DNA of 64,000 bases from Paramecium tetraurelia (taxonomy: Eukaryota), in NCBI GenBank assembly GCA_000165425.1, contig CT868678.1, positions 186,001 to 250,000 on the forward strand, read 5' to 3'. This document shows positions 1 through 17,351 of the stretch, one piece after another. The notes under the pieces were generated by a model. The model saw only the letters and a program-made list of their open reading frames with translations, was not told the DNA's origin and did no database searches. Numbering within the stretch: the stretch's first letter is position 1; every line of letters starts with the position of its first letter. Both the position numbers and the translations under genes were made by a program.

Positions 1-648
1 TTTAAGTTAACTCTTCTTCGGTAAAGATTCTGAATTGATTGAAGAATCTGCAGAATAACTCAGTTCCACTTTTAATCATCTTAAACTCATCATCAGTGTA
101 GATCTCATGCTGATTTTCCTTTAGTATTTGATTTACTAATGGAATTAGATTATTATTTAATAAGTATTCTAATTATTTTCTTGTTAATTCATGCGTACAA
201 ATACTATTGAGGGCATCAAATAACTAAATGATTTTGATTGTATTGTTACATTATCAATCATTCTGATGTCCATTCTTTGCTTTGCCAATTTTAATTAATT
301 TAGAAAAAGCACTTCACACTCTCCAAGATTTTATTTAGTGCAAATATTACTCAAAATTGTGATTGAATAATAATCTGATTGCTATGCGCTAAGAAATAGC
401 TTGTTTAACAGTTATTAGTCATTCGCAGCCTTCAATAATTTCTATTGACTAAACTCGCCATCGATCAAATATTTGTGGAGTTCCTATGATTCAGAAAAAC
501 TTGGAATCTCAATTATGGGGTTCTCTTCGTTGTTCATACCGCATTTCTTTCGATTTTAATTGAATAAATCTTCTAGTCTCTCTTTTCTAATCGAAAATCT
601 AAATTCCTCTCTTTTTGTCAATAATAATGATTATTGTTCACTTTTCAT
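1..648 (-). CDS. Importin-alpha-like protein with IBB-like N-terminus; 3' end runs off the window
   Basis: ATG at 648 gives MKSEQQSLLLTKREEFRFSIRKERLEDLFNQNRKK, resembling the IBB motif RREE...IRK.KR, followed by helical sequence. Confidence 0.5.
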
Positions 649-1128
649 AATTATATTTATATTCAAATTATTTATAACATTCTCAATGTTATATCTAATA
701 TTTGTCAAATAGCTCATCAACAAATTTTCACATATCTATTCAATAGAATATGTCATTTATCTCACATAACTAAATCATTTTTAATAATCTTTTATTAATA
801 GCCCAACTACATATGAGTTTGTATTCACTTTCTTTAATGAAGTCTAAAAACGGTTTCGCAATCCATTGACTCTTGCTTTAAATTAGTATTACGTCTGAAC
901 TATCCCAAAATAAGCTTATATCTTATAATTCTTTAATCCCTTATTTGTGTCTAAATCAAATTAGTGGGATAGACTTTGGATAGACATTATTGTTTTAAGT
1001 AATCTTTCTTAAATAGCGAAAATTAATATAATTTCTAGGTATATTCAATTAGATATATTCATCTTTTTATTCATCCTTAATTTATTGTTTTAGCAATTTA
1101 TTCAATACTATAAATAACATAAACTAAA

Positions 1129-2726
1129 ATGCAAGATGATAGGGTTTTAGAGAGAAGTCCACAAGACTCACTTAGAATTTCACAAAGATCTTCCATGCTA
1201 GATAGGAAGCAGAGTGGCCGTTTCACATTCAAGAAAACTCAAGAGGAAGAACAACAAACTTAAATTCAGAGCAATAGAAATCGAATCAAACAGCAGTTAA
1301 AATGTATAAGATAACTGATTTTGATTTTAAGGTTAATTGAATGCCATAATTAATAAGCCAATACAGCCATTACAAATGAGAGAGGAGCAGTTGATAGAAT
1401 TAGGTAAGAAATTAGATGTAGAAATTACTTCAATTGATGTTGAAAATATCATTCCAAATACAAAGGAGTTTTTTGAAGATTATGAAATTCATGAGAGATT
1501 GGGAGAAGGATGTTTGGGATTGGTGAAACGAATAGTCTAAAAAAATACAGGCTTGGAATTTGCTGTGAAGATAGTTGCTACTTAGGACGATGAAATTATA
1601 CGCAATGTAAAAAGACAATAATAATATCTTTTAAGATGATTATAGAATTTAAGAGATTGGTTCAATTATCACATGATAATATAGTTAAAGCCTACAAAAT
1701 GTACTTGGATTTTGATACAGGGTTTTAATCTGAAAGTTAGGCTTTTGTGGTTATGGAGTTGATCCATGGCAAAGAGATGTTTGAGGTTATAAGCGAAGCG
1801 GGACATTATAGTGAAGATGATGCAAAAGAACTTTTCAAGTAATTGCTTAGTGCCATTGAGTATATGCATCGTCATGGCATTTGTCATAGAGATCTCAAGC
1901 CCAATAATATCTTGTGTCTTTAAGGTAAAGCATTCGTAATGATCTCTATATTTAGATAGAAAGCAAATCAAGGTTACAGATTTCAACGTTAGCAAATTCA
2001 GTGATTCATATAAATTGTTTGGGGATCTGCAAGATACGGAAAAAATAGAGATGTGGACATATACTGGCACTGTGGCTTTTTCAGCACCGGAAATATTCAC
2101 AGGAGAAGGTTATAAGTAATAAATACTTTAATGATATTTTGAAAGTTAAATGGTTGATATGTGGAGTGCAGGTTGTATTCTTTATTCAATGCTTTCCGGA
2201 TAATTGCCATTTAATGCAGATTAGTAATCAAATTCACCATCATCCTAGTTTGAACGACCTTGTAGAAAATATTAAACTAGCCAAGTATGATTTCCCAGAA
2301 GAAATCTTTTCAGAAGTCTCTGCTGAAGCCAAAGATCTAATTTAACTATTATTAAAGAAGGATCCATAAGAAAGACCATATCCAGATCATGCATTAGGGC
2401 ATTCTTGGTTTAGAGGAAATGTAGTCAGGAAGACTTTAAGACATTTGACTATTAATAAAAATATAAACCATCTTGCATCCAGAAACTCAAATAGGTAGAG
2501 ATAGAGAACATTCCTATTGAAAAAAGACTGCTACACAGGATCAAGTGATGGGGAAGATTATTATGATGTTAAAATTAAGTCCACCATTAGAAAGAGTTTA
2601 TTTTGCGCTATTAAGCCCACACAAGAATAACAGGTTGATATGAACCACCTCAAAGTAACAAGCGGGTTGCTTCGTAAGTCTAATACAACTTAGATAGAAG
2701 ATTTTAAATATTATGATTAATAGTGA
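1129..2726 (+). CDS. CaMK-group Ser/Thr protein kinase with several small introns
   Basis: Motifs GEGCLGLV, AVK, HRDLKPNNIL, DFNVSK, TYTGTVAFSAPE, DMWSAG. ATG 1129, TGA 2724-2726. Confidence 0.9.
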
Positions 2727-2836
2727 TTAATAAATTAATTAATTCAATAAATAATTTTGGTTATCCAAAAATATCTTTTTTGGGCATTTTTAAACGAATT
2801 CATTTTTGGATTTCTAATCATTAATTAAATTTGGCA

Positions 2837-3228
2837 ATGCAAAATAAGACCGTCTTCGATAAATTAGGAGGTTAAGCTAACATTGACGCTGCTGTTGTCA
2901 AGTTTTATGAAAAAGTCCTCTCCGATCCATCTGTCAGTCACTATTTCAAAAACACAGACATGAAGAAATAGACAGAAAATTAATAAAAGTTCCTCACCAT
3001 GGCTTTTGGAGGACCCAATAACTACAAAGGAAGAGTAACACATTTATTTTATATCATTAGGACATGAAAGCAGGTCATGCTGGTCTTGGAATTACAACAG
3101 TCGCCTTCAACACAATTGTCAAGCATCTTGGTGACACCTTGAAAGAAATGGGAGTTCCAGCAGATGTCATTGCTGAAGCTGCTGCTGTTGCAGAAACCAC
3201 CAGAGCTGATATTGTTGAAATCAAATGA
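2837..3228 (+). CDS. Group I truncated (2/2) haemoglobin
   Basis: [27 protein letters not shown]...[27 protein letters not shown]...; TyrB10, GlnE7 and HisF8 present. One 26-nt intron at 3035-3060. Confidence 0.95.
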
Positions 3229-3710
3229 TTCATATAGATATATGTCATTCATTCAATAAAATCATTTATATATCCCTATTCCCACCCCTCCTCTGGCAAT
3301 AACTAGACCCAAAGTTTGAAATGGAGAATATTTGAAATCATTGATCTAGATCAATTTTGAGGGTGAATTCTAAACTAAAATAATAATATTGGAATTCATT
3401 TGAACAGTAAGCAATTGACCTCATGCATAAGTGGGATTAGTGAAGAAATGAAGTCACGTATGAAATCAGTAATATATTTTAATTGTATTTCTTTTTAATT
3501 TTATCAGTCCCAATTTATTTCAATAAAACAAATGGCCTTTTGTTTAGAAAGACTTTATTTAATCAAGCATTAGACATAAAATGAGTGAAATAAGTATTGA
3601 CTTTCTAAATTCTTACCAGACTTTTTTTATAATATTTATATGTAAATGTCAATATAATTATATATATTTTAACAATTTATTTATTATATAAAATCAAATT
3701 AACACTAAAA

Positions 3711-5225
3711 TCACAAATCTTCTTTAAATATATTAAGATCAAGACTATCTTTCATTGATTTGAATTAAACGTTTCCACTAATTATTGAATCAAGAAAATC
3801 TTAAACATTTGAAAGTGTCAATTCTCCTTAGAGTTTAGCATATCTTTCTTTTTTAGGTTTGATGACCAATGCTGATGGGAAACTACTAACATCATCAAAA
3901 ACTTCCGAATAAATTAAGTTGCTAAAAATAATGTATTTCTTATTTACTTCTTATTAATATAATAGAAATCGATTTTGTCCTTCATGTAATGATAAGACAA
4001 GGGAGTCAATAAATCTAAATAATCTTTGTCCTCAGTAATAATAATGAAACACATTTTTGTGTCTTTAGTAGTACAAGCCCCATTTTTTATCAATAAGTTG
4101 GACAATTCTCTTGGACCTTGATGAGTTTTTTTAACTTTTTTGCTGATATAAGCATATTCTCTTAAGAATTTCATAATTTATTCTTTCTTAAAATCGTTTT
4201 ACTCATAAATGACTCCTCTATATGATTCTGGCTCAGTCACTACCATGAGAGTAGGGAAGTTCTTGATTTAAAATTACTCAACCAATTTAGTATCTGAATT
4301 TCGAACTTGTCCAAAGACTAGTTTCCCTTTTAATTCTTTGGATAGAACTTTAAGGAGAGGAGGAGTAGAAGTTTTATTAGTGAATAACAAGACTATATGT
4401 TATTCTTCTTGTTGAATGAATTTTTCGTAGTTGTCATTAGTTACTATGCTTACGAAGCTTTCCATGAAGGAGATGGCAAATTTGGCTAGTTGGTCTATTT
4501 CCACTTTGGATTTGAATTCGACTGGTTCTTATCTGATATTGGCAGGGTAAGCGTATATTTTGGGAAACTCATAAACCTGGAACTCATCATCACAGATTTC
4601 ATTTTCAGCAGCACAATTTATTGCAGCAACTTAGAAGATGCCATAATATTTAGAGGCTAATTCATTCCAAGTGTTTTTGTGTTACCTTCCATAATCATCG
4701 TTCTTATAGAAGTAGATCATCCACACGTGATCTCTTCTAAAGAATCTATTTATAGTAGTCATTTCAACTTCGTAAACATCACTTTTAGAAAATAAGGACT
4801 ATTCAAGATTTGGTTTTTGTTATTAGAATCCACCTCCAAAAAATCTTGAGAAAACATCATTATAATTAAAATGACCTTATTCTAGATGTATATTTATAAA
4901 TGGATACTTTGTTGTTATCTTTGAGTATGCTCTTTCAATCCCTCTTCTCCATATTTGTCATATACTTATCTCTATTCTGGGTCTTTGAGTATTTCATACG
5001 CATTGACAATCTTCTAGAATTGTTTTTCAGACTAATTATAGGGGAGATAAGAATTACTTCCTCCTTATTACCTTTGGCCTTGTCTGGGTGGTATTTGAGA
5101 GAGAGCTTTTTGAATGCCTTTTTGATTTAATCATCAGATGCACCTCGCTGTACTCCAAGTAATTAGTAATAATCTTAGCAGAGTGCTTGAAGAAGGACGC
5201 AAAGGAGAAGGAGAAAAGTTTTCAT
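3711..5225 (-). CDS. ER-luminal DnaJ protein with thioredoxin-like domains (DNAJC10/DNAJC16-like)
   Basis: Signal peptide MKTFLLLCVLLQALC, J-domain DYYQLLGV...KYHPDK, Trx-like WMIYFY...AAINC, C-terminal KEDL*. Confidence 0.85.
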
Positions 5226-5361
5226 TTTAATTATTAAAAACACGTTTATGGTGTAAATTCTAGAACAATGCTTAATAACATTATAAAATATGAATAAAGA
5301 GAGGGGGTGGAGGGAGATAAATGATGTATGTTTATTTTATGTTTAATGTGAACATAACAAC

Positions 5362-5858
5362 TCAATATCCAGAATCAGCTAGGTATTTTGCCATTTCTAT
5401 GACACGTTTGTTGCATTCAGCAGCATTCTAAGTAGCTCCATTTTCTGCATTGATGGTTTGGGAGAATGAAGCAAAGACAGCGGCTGTGTTAGACCAAGCA
5501 ATGCATGCTCCTCCTTTATTCTATTGATTATCATGTTAGAACGTACCTTCTTCAAATACCATGACTTAGCATCACCATCAAATTGAATTGTATAATATTT
5601 TTGATTGTTGATTCTAACTCCAGCTGCATTTCCAGAGTTTCCATTGTGTGTGAGAGCGTGAACAAAGGCAGTCTTCTCGTCATAGGCAACCTTGGTTACG
5701 ACGTCTGGATTCTTTTCATCTGGGACATCAGCTTGATAAGAAGGTAGGACGGCAACACCGAAATTGCTAGCCCAGATGTTTCCATCTAATCCAATAATGG
5801 CAGCATATTCAAGAGCTCCGTTGGCTGTCAAATTTGTCACATAAGCATCCCAAGACAT
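5362..5858 (-). CDS. Profilin
   Basis: MSWDAYVTNL...AAIIGLDGNIWAS...GVRINNQKY...YLADSGY*. One small intron near 5523-5546. Confidence 0.93.
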
Positions 5859-5990
5859 GGTTATTTAATATATTTAATGAAAATTATATCTTCTTCATCC
5901 TGAACATATATATATATGCACAATTAATTGAAGATACTAATTAATTATATAATATTGCAGAATAATTGTTTATAATTTGTACTGCTTTTT

Positions 5991-7112
5991 TCAATTTTAT
6001 TTTGAAGAAGAGAATGAACTATTCGACTAGTTTAACAATTTGTGATAGTATCGCTCTGGCAAACTTTCCACTTCTAACGATTCCTCTCTATAAGCGGGAT
6101 GAGATTCTTACCACATATTGCACTTGTTTCTTTTTGAACCAAAACAAATACACAGCGCAAAACAACGGCAGGAAATATCCAAAAAGACAAATTAAAATAT
6201 CAGCCCAAGGTTACACCGCCACATTCTATATTAATATGTCTCATCTTTTACATATGCAGGAAATTCACAACTGTCTATATCTTTTGATTTTTAATAGATA
6301 AAATAGACTAAATCGGCACTCCATTGAATTACTTATCCAAACGCTGTCACACAAACCAAAGTCCTTTTATTTAATTACAATTCTGTCATTACCAAAATTT
6401 CAATTTTATGTTTCTAATCTTCATGTACTACGTCTTCTCTACTACTGTCATTCTGTTGGTGAACATTATTTGCTCAATTATCAATGCATTCATTTTCTTA
6501 TTCAGAAAATACGCTCCAGTGATGAAAATGATGCTTGCAAATACTTCCACCACTCTTATCACAAATAAAGTTATGACTAAGGCCTAAGATATTTTGTACA
6601 TACAACTACAGTCTTCATTCTTAGTGTAATAGACGATTATATCAATCAATAACAATATAGAAAAAAAAGCACACAATCCATATGTGCAACCTCGCACTAA
6701 TTTTGTATTGCTTTTATTATAAACATTAAGATCTGTTGCCTTTTTTGTAAAGAAGTAAACCAGAAAAATCAAAAAAGATTAATCAAAGTAAAAATACAAA
6801 AAATAAGCAAATGCTAGATTTCTATTCATTGTGAAGATCAGAAAAACTATTTAGTTCATTCTATCCTAAAAATACCCTTACATGTATCTGCAAGTAAAAT
6901 TATCAAAAACAATAGCTGCTTTCTTTTGTAAAGTCTTCTCTATTCAATTACTCGTACTGTAATTTGGTATATACATAATGTCATTAACAACAAAGAGCAA
7001 ACCGTTCCTAAATAGAGGCTGTTGAATGGGCAACTTACTCCAAACATAATCCTAAGTCTGCGCACTTTCCTGATACACAATATATGAATCCCTGATTTTT
7101 GCATTCACTCAT
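5991..7112 (-). CDS. Multi-pass membrane protein (7TM-like); 3' end uncertain
   Basis: ATG 7112, 20-nt intron 7019-7038, then a series of hydrophobic helices (GTVCSLLLMTLCIY; QLLFLIILLADT; GLCAFFSILLLIDIIVY; GYFLPLFCAVYLFWF). Confidence 0.65.
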
Positions 7113-7122
7113 TAATTATTTT

Positions 7123-8086
7123 ATGAGTAAAACTATTAAGAAATTAAATGAAGTTGCATTAGATAATATACAAGCAACAACTTGGCATGATGAATACAAT
7201 AAGAGTAGTTACATATTTATCGCCAATCTTAATTATGCCATGAATGAAGGTGATATAGCCATTGTCTTTTCGTAATATGGAGAAATAGTTGATGTACATT
7301 TAGTCAGAGATAAAATTACTGGAAAATCCAAAGGGTTTTGTTTCTTAGCCTATGAAGATTAGCGGTCAACCATCTTGGCTGTTGACAACTTCAATCACGC
7401 AGAAATATGTATCTATATGAAATACCAATAAGGTGGAAGATTATTAAGAGTGGATCATGTAAGAGAGTTCAAGCCTCCTAAGGAATACCTTGACATCTCC
7501 CCTGATGATCCGGAAATATTTAATAAGCTCTATAAGCCATCTGGTCCTGATGGCAAAGGATGGGGAACTTTTAGGGAGCTGACTCAAGAAGAATTAGTAT
7601 TAAAAGCATAAATAGAAGCATAATAATAAGAAATCCAGAAAAGAAATGAAAAAATATTTGAGAACATGCAACAGATAAAAAATATGCAGACGATAATTGA
7701 TGAGGATGAGAGGGTATTATAATTATATTATTTTTAAGTGGGATAAAATGTTGATGGTATAGGATGAGAAGAAAGAACTATTGGAAAAAATTGAAGCTCT
7801 CCAATATTTCAATAATAAGATGCAAAAGTATAAGGAGGTCCAAGAGCCAGAAAAATAAGAAACTAATGAGGAGAGATTATTGAGATTATAGAAAAAGCAG
7901 AATAAGAAATATGAGAAAAAGAATTCAGAAGAGAAGGGAAAAGAAAAGAAAATAAAAAAAGAAAAAAAAGAGAAAAAAAACAAAAAGAACAAAGATAAAA
8001 AAGAGAAAAAGGAGAAGAAATCTAAGAATTCAAAGAAAGATCAGCCACAACAATCAGATAACTAAGATAGGGGAAGTTAAAAATGA
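7123..8086 (+). CDS. RBMX2: RRM protein RBMX2/Snu17(Ist3), RES complex subunit
   Basis: TWHDEY...IFIANLNYAMNEGDIAIVFSQYGEIVDVHLVRDKITGKSKGFCFLAYEDQRSTILAVDN, with a Lys/Glu-rich tail. Confidence 0.92.
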
Positions 8087-8160
8087 GATAATTTTATAAA
8101 TCGATCAATTAATACTTAATAATCAAATTATACTAATATTGAAATAAATTAAAGGTGAAT

Positions 8161-9968
8161 TCATAACTATTATTCTTATACAGAATTTATTTACTCCTCT
8201 AATAAATCTTTTAGTCTTTCCTCTAGAGAATTGTCTAAATCTTAACATAATTAACATATATTTTACTATGATCTATTGCAAATTTGGTGGCTAAACTTTC
8301 TGAGTTGTCTCCATTAAATACTGGTAATCTTACAGTTTTTGCATCATCGATTTTTACATCAATGTACAGAATAGGAAAGTTAAGGAATATTGGTTTACTT
8401 TTAATTTTCTTGCATTTTGGTTCTTAACTCATTGATTGTTCAGTTTATAATTTGATCTGTGTTCTGCTTTCATTGTTTGTGGTGTTTCCTGTGTTTTTCA
8501 ATTTTTCCAGTGTCTTCTATCTAAGCCTAGCCTCTCTTAATCGTTTTGCTTATTAATCGATATCATATTGAGTAGAAGCAGTTGATATTGGAAATTGTTT
8601 CATAGGATTAATCTGGGGTGAAAAAGTGCAAAATTATTATTGAGTTTCAAATTCTACATCAATAGTTGATTTATCCTACTGCTTTTTAATTGGTTTGCTT
8701 AATTAAGTTAAATCGATGGCAACTGGTTTGATAGTAGATTTGAGTTCCTTTGTTTCATCTTATTATTATTATTCAAGCTAACTCTTGAGTTTTTCAATGT
8801 TATCCTTCTTTTTCTGTTCTTATTAAGCAAACCATTCATTGATATTTAGATTGTTCTTTTTCTTGATAGCCATATCTCTTGATCTATTGCTTAATAAATT
8901 GATAACTTATGGAGGAGATTTGGATTTCTCAAGATTTCGCCTTTGTCCATTTCCATGGATTAGTTTGGTGTTCAAATAGAGTTATTTGTATTTGTTGTGA
9001 ATTTCAACACAATCTTAAGGGGACAGCATTAAATTTCCATTTTCATCGTTCTTATAGTGAGAGGCCATTGGAACTTATTCGTCATCTTTGGGTATGTAAA
9101 GAGGTATCTATTAGACTGGTACATTAAGGATGGCTAGTAATACAATAAGCAAATTTCTGGAGAGAATGTAAGAGCCATTAGTAAAATCATTCCATAGTTC
9201 TTTATTTTCTCCAAATCCTAATCCCTGGAGAATTTATTGGAAATCGTTTTCATATATTTTCGAGTAATCCCAACTTAATTTGACATTTTCAGTATTGCTA
9301 AGAAAGTAATAGAAATCCTTGATAAATCTTTGGATAAACCATTATTGAGTGATTTCCGATAATTTACCTTCTGTTGTAGCTGAGGTTTGAGTATTTTATT
9401 GTGTTTTCTGTTGTCTTGTTCGACTATCATCATACAATATTTAAGTGACATGCTTTTCTCTTCTTGAGTTTTTAAGTTTGTCTGTAGTATCTCTTTATTA
9501 TTTGGCTTAGATAAGATTTTTTAATTAAATAGTTTGTGACTATTCGATCTTTTTTGGTTATTCTTCAGAGGTGAATAATTTAGGATTTGTATCATTTGAA
9601 TGTTCAACAGAAGACTTGAGGATTCGCTTTTTGTCATTTTAAATTTCAAGTACTCTATTTTCCACTTAAGAGGAATCGATTCTTTCTGGGGAGAGCAAGA
9701 GATCTTGGCTTTTCACATTAAAAGCCCTTGAGGATTTGATGTTATCGAAATGATTGGTATATAGCTTTTGTGCTTATAAGGTGTATTAACTTTTCTAAAC
9801 ATTGGACACTTCTCTCCTAGAACCCTCTGTTTTTTGTTTAGCTTTACTTACACCACGAGCCTTCTCGGGACATACACTATGAGTGCCCTCTTGTGGTTTA
9901 GTCTTTCCAAATAGATTTTGTAGTTAATTCAGAGAAGTGAGGGGATGTCTCTCACGAATAACTGACAT
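8161..9968 (-). CDS. Uncharacterised ciliate protein with C-terminal PILYIDVKI..RLPVFNGD..LA.KF domain
   Basis: Long open frame in code 6 from ATG 9968 to TGA 8161-8163. Confidence 0.7.
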
Positions 9969-9991
9969 ATTGTTAAATTAATATATATATT

Positions 9992-13508
<3,517 letters not shown>

Positions 13509-13626
13509 TAAATGTATTAATCATGTTTTCTCCATCATTAGATATATATAAAGATTCATAGTGCGCTTTTAATTGTCATTATTAGTATTTTATACATGCA
13601 TTTATTCATTTATATTATATCTCTAT

Positions 13627-14799
13627 ATGTTATCAGAACAAATTAAGTAGATGCTACACCAATAAACCAAACCCTTTCTCTCACAGACATTCTCTCGAAA
13701 AATAAGCACTCCCAACAAGAGATCCTAAGCACTCTCGACTTTATGTGCCCAAGATCTCCCCTCCTACTCACCATCTAAGCACATCCTTTCAGATTAAAAA
13801 CCTCTTAGATTCCAAACCTTAGAACATCAGAAGACTCAACAACCAAGTTCTCATAATGCCAATTCAGTTAGTTGCCAAACCAACATGTCACTTTGTTGCT
13901 TTGATGACCCCTTACCTGACATTCCCCCTTCAGATCCAATATGGTTACAAATCATACCACAAGAAACATTAAAAGGTTCATCTGTCGAACAACTATTTAG
14001 AGAAAATAAACAATATTTTTATCACTTATTGAGTTAGTACTTCAAAGAACAGATTCAAGGCGATTTCAATATGACTAAATTTCAATCGCCAATTAAATGC
14101 AAAACTCGCAACGACTATGATTCCTAATAGAAATCTAATGACAAAATTCAACCTAATAAAAATTCCTTCTATGAAAATTATAAGTCTCCTTAACATTAGC
14201 AATTTGCCAAAACTTCTTACAAATCTGACTTCACAGGATATGCACCTCAAAATTACAATGTTTAAACAGAAAAGCTTAAATACGAGAAAGCTAAGTAACA
14301 AATCGCCACACTTATATCCTACAAAGTAAAATGCATTTCCTATTGTTAGATTAACGATAATAACTATGAACAGAATCAAAAAATGAACAGATTAACCGCT
14401 CCTCGATTATCTACATCTACAGAAATCAGAATCTAAGCTTATAAGAACTACAATTAAGCCCTTGAATAACCCTAATTGATAGAATAAACTTAAAATTGCA
14501 AAAATAATTATTCAAAATTGTATTTCACTCATCCTTTAATTAAGGAATCCATTATCCTCCAAGGGTATCTTTTTTGAGAAAAAATCAGAATCATACTTTT
14601 AATATCCACTTCATCCTTTGCCAAAATCAAGCAAAACCTTTCTTAAACAATATTCAACAATCATAAAAAAGTAAAGATACTCTATGAAATTTCTAGAGAT
14701 ATATAAGGACCCAAAATTGGAGATGTTACCTAGATGAAAAATTGGAGACAGAGTGTCATTAAATAAATGAATCACTTAAGAAGATTATCATAGAACTGA
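13627..14799 (+). CDS. Hypothetical protein
   Basis: Open frame in code 6 from ATG 13627 to TGA 14797-14799. Confidence 0.65.
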
Positions 14800-15081
14800 A
14801 ATTAATTATTCTAATATAGAAACAATTTTGTATTTTTTATTCTTGATATAAATCTAATCAATATTTGATTAATTCATGTGATAATATCCTTATTTAAAGT
14901 GAAATTTACATTCTATATAAAAAAGATTGCAATTAATATTCAAAATAGATTATCTGCAATTTATCAACTTGCAAATCGTTAAGAAATACTAAACGATAGT
15001 TTTTTAAAAGTCTCAACTAAATTATAATATAAAAAGTAGTTCTTTAAATAAATTAAATAAGTTTAATAAATAAATAAATAT

Positions 15082-17316
15082 TCAGTTTCTTAATCTGTTT
15101 ATTAAATTGATCTCTGATAAAATTTCGTATTATTTAATAACATCAGAATTGTTAACGGCGTTTTGAATTTATTAGCCATATTCATCTAATCTAAAAAACT
15201 TATTATAAAATTTACTTTTAGTTTAATTCTATGTTTAGTGTTTACTAAGTTTATAAATTTCCCTTCAACTGAATGAGCTCCTAATTTAATGAGGTCTCCT
15301 TCTCTTCATACAATTTCTTAGTACTCAGTAAATCTTCATTTTATTGAGATTAGATTGACTCTATTTCTTATTCATAATTATATTTTTATTCTTCAATTTA
15401 ACTCTAGAGTGTATTTTTAGTTTCTTATAGTTCATTATCAATTTTATCTAAATTTTCTTCAGCAGCTTTTAATTATGCTTTTAATTCAGCCAATTGTTGT
15501 TCTTTTTATCTATTCTAATTCTATAAATTAGTTATTTATCTCTCAGCATTTTATTTGTCTCTTTATGATGTTGATGATAATTATTATATTTTATGTTCTT
15601 GTTGCTTAATTAATTTTAATTATTTGTTTAATTAATCTTCCTACTCGGCTACTGTAACATTGAATTTGGCTTTGTTTTGCTCATTGTCTCTGTACAAATC
15701 ATTTAGTTTATTCTATGAATATTTTTAAAATTAAGTACAATCAATTGATCATTCATATTCTTGAATTACACAAGTGTGGTTTCATATTATTACTCCTTTA
15801 ATTCAATTATCTAATTTAAATTTTAAATCTATTGTTATAACTATTGATTAAATTCTAATTGCTATTGATTATAATTCAATAATTCTTTCTTCTATAAATC
15901 ATAATCTTGATAGTTTTTTAAAATCTAATCTTGATATCTACTTTATTAATCTTAAATCTAAGGAATTATAAATAATACTTACTTCTTTCTTCAAATTGTT
16001 GATGATATTTTATGCATTTTCTTGATCCTATAGATTGGCTTAGTGTAATTATTATCTTATTTTTTACAACTCCTCTAATTGTTTGCTTTATTCTAAAACC
16101 TATCCTTTTAGATGGGCAATTTAATTTTCAAGAATTTGATTGGAATTCTAATGATGTGATTACAAGGTCTCAACACCTATTTCATGCTAGCTTCTTAAGT
16201 TATTTTCCATTTGTTAAGATTCCTCTTAGAATCTTTACTCATTTTCAAACATCTTTTCCTTCAAAACATGGAATTGAAGGGTAATAGTTTCAATTTCTCT
16301 TTCATAATTAGCTCTCAATCTTTCATTCTAATCTATTAATGTCTTAATTTCTTCATTCTTTATTCCTAAAAGCCCTTTCAATTTTTCAATTTCATCATCT
16401 AAAATTTCGGCCTGAGCCATGTATTGATTCTTAATATTGTCCAATTATCCTTAATTGAGTATATCCAACTTTTGTCTAAGATTATTCATTTCAATTTGAT
16501 TGTCTCTCTCTTATTCTTATAATCTGGTTCTATATATGTCGTTATCCTTAAGCAATTTAGTCTCCACATATTCTCTATCTTACAAAACCTTAGTCAATTT
16601 ATTCTCTAACTCATAGATCTCCTTGTCTCTTATTTCAGCGTACTCTCTCAGTTTTCTTAATTGATTTTCAAGCACATCAATTTAAGTGAGATAACTATGT
16701 CTTTATTATTCATTTTAAACTGTCAAAATTATAAATAAAATTACTTGAGAAATTGGTTTTAGTGGCTTCAACTTCATGCGATCTCTCCTTCTCAAGTATG
16801 GCGTTTCTTTCCTCCAACATCTTTAGTTCGTTACTAAGCTTGCGTAAATCCAATTCATATTGAGCCTTCACTATTAATATATAAAAAATCTACATACATT
16901 AAACAGCACTGTTGAGCTATTACTCATATTTGGATTTCCATAATTCACATTCAGTCTTCTTTTAGGCAAAGTTCTTTTGTAATTTATCTATGTCTGAACT
17001 CAGGATTTAATTCTAGTGTATCATTAACTCCGCCTTCTCATCCAAAGCGCCCTATTTGCTCATTCTAATGATGGTAGTATCCAATTCATTTTTCAGTTGT
17101 CTGGCATATTATTCAAGATCAGCTGAACGAGTCTTGTAGTATTCCAATTCTTCGTTAAATTAAAAATCTTGATTATTGTTGTTACCACATACCTTTCAAG
17201 TTAATAGAGTTTTTAAGAGAAATGCTGGCCTCAGGATTATAAGGATGAGGTTTCTTATATTAAGGACTCTATTAATATGGTTTATCCGATTTCATGTGAG
17301 GTGATGCAGTTAACAT
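15082..17316 (-). CDS. Gln/Glu-rich coiled-coil protein
   Basis: ATG 17316 (MLTASPHMKSDKP), heptad-rich sequence, several small introns, TGA 15082-15084. Confidence 0.75.
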
Positions 17317-17351
17317 TTTTATTCGTTAAAAAAATTAATTTTAATATTATC

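Noticed and set aside
3340..3355. Perfect 16-bp palindrome ATTGATCTAGATCAAT in an intergenic region
   Set aside because: A single AT-rich instance with no supporting motif; compatible with chance.
7900..8040. A/G-rich low-complexity repeat
   Set aside because: It encodes the Lys/Glu-rich tail of RBMX2.
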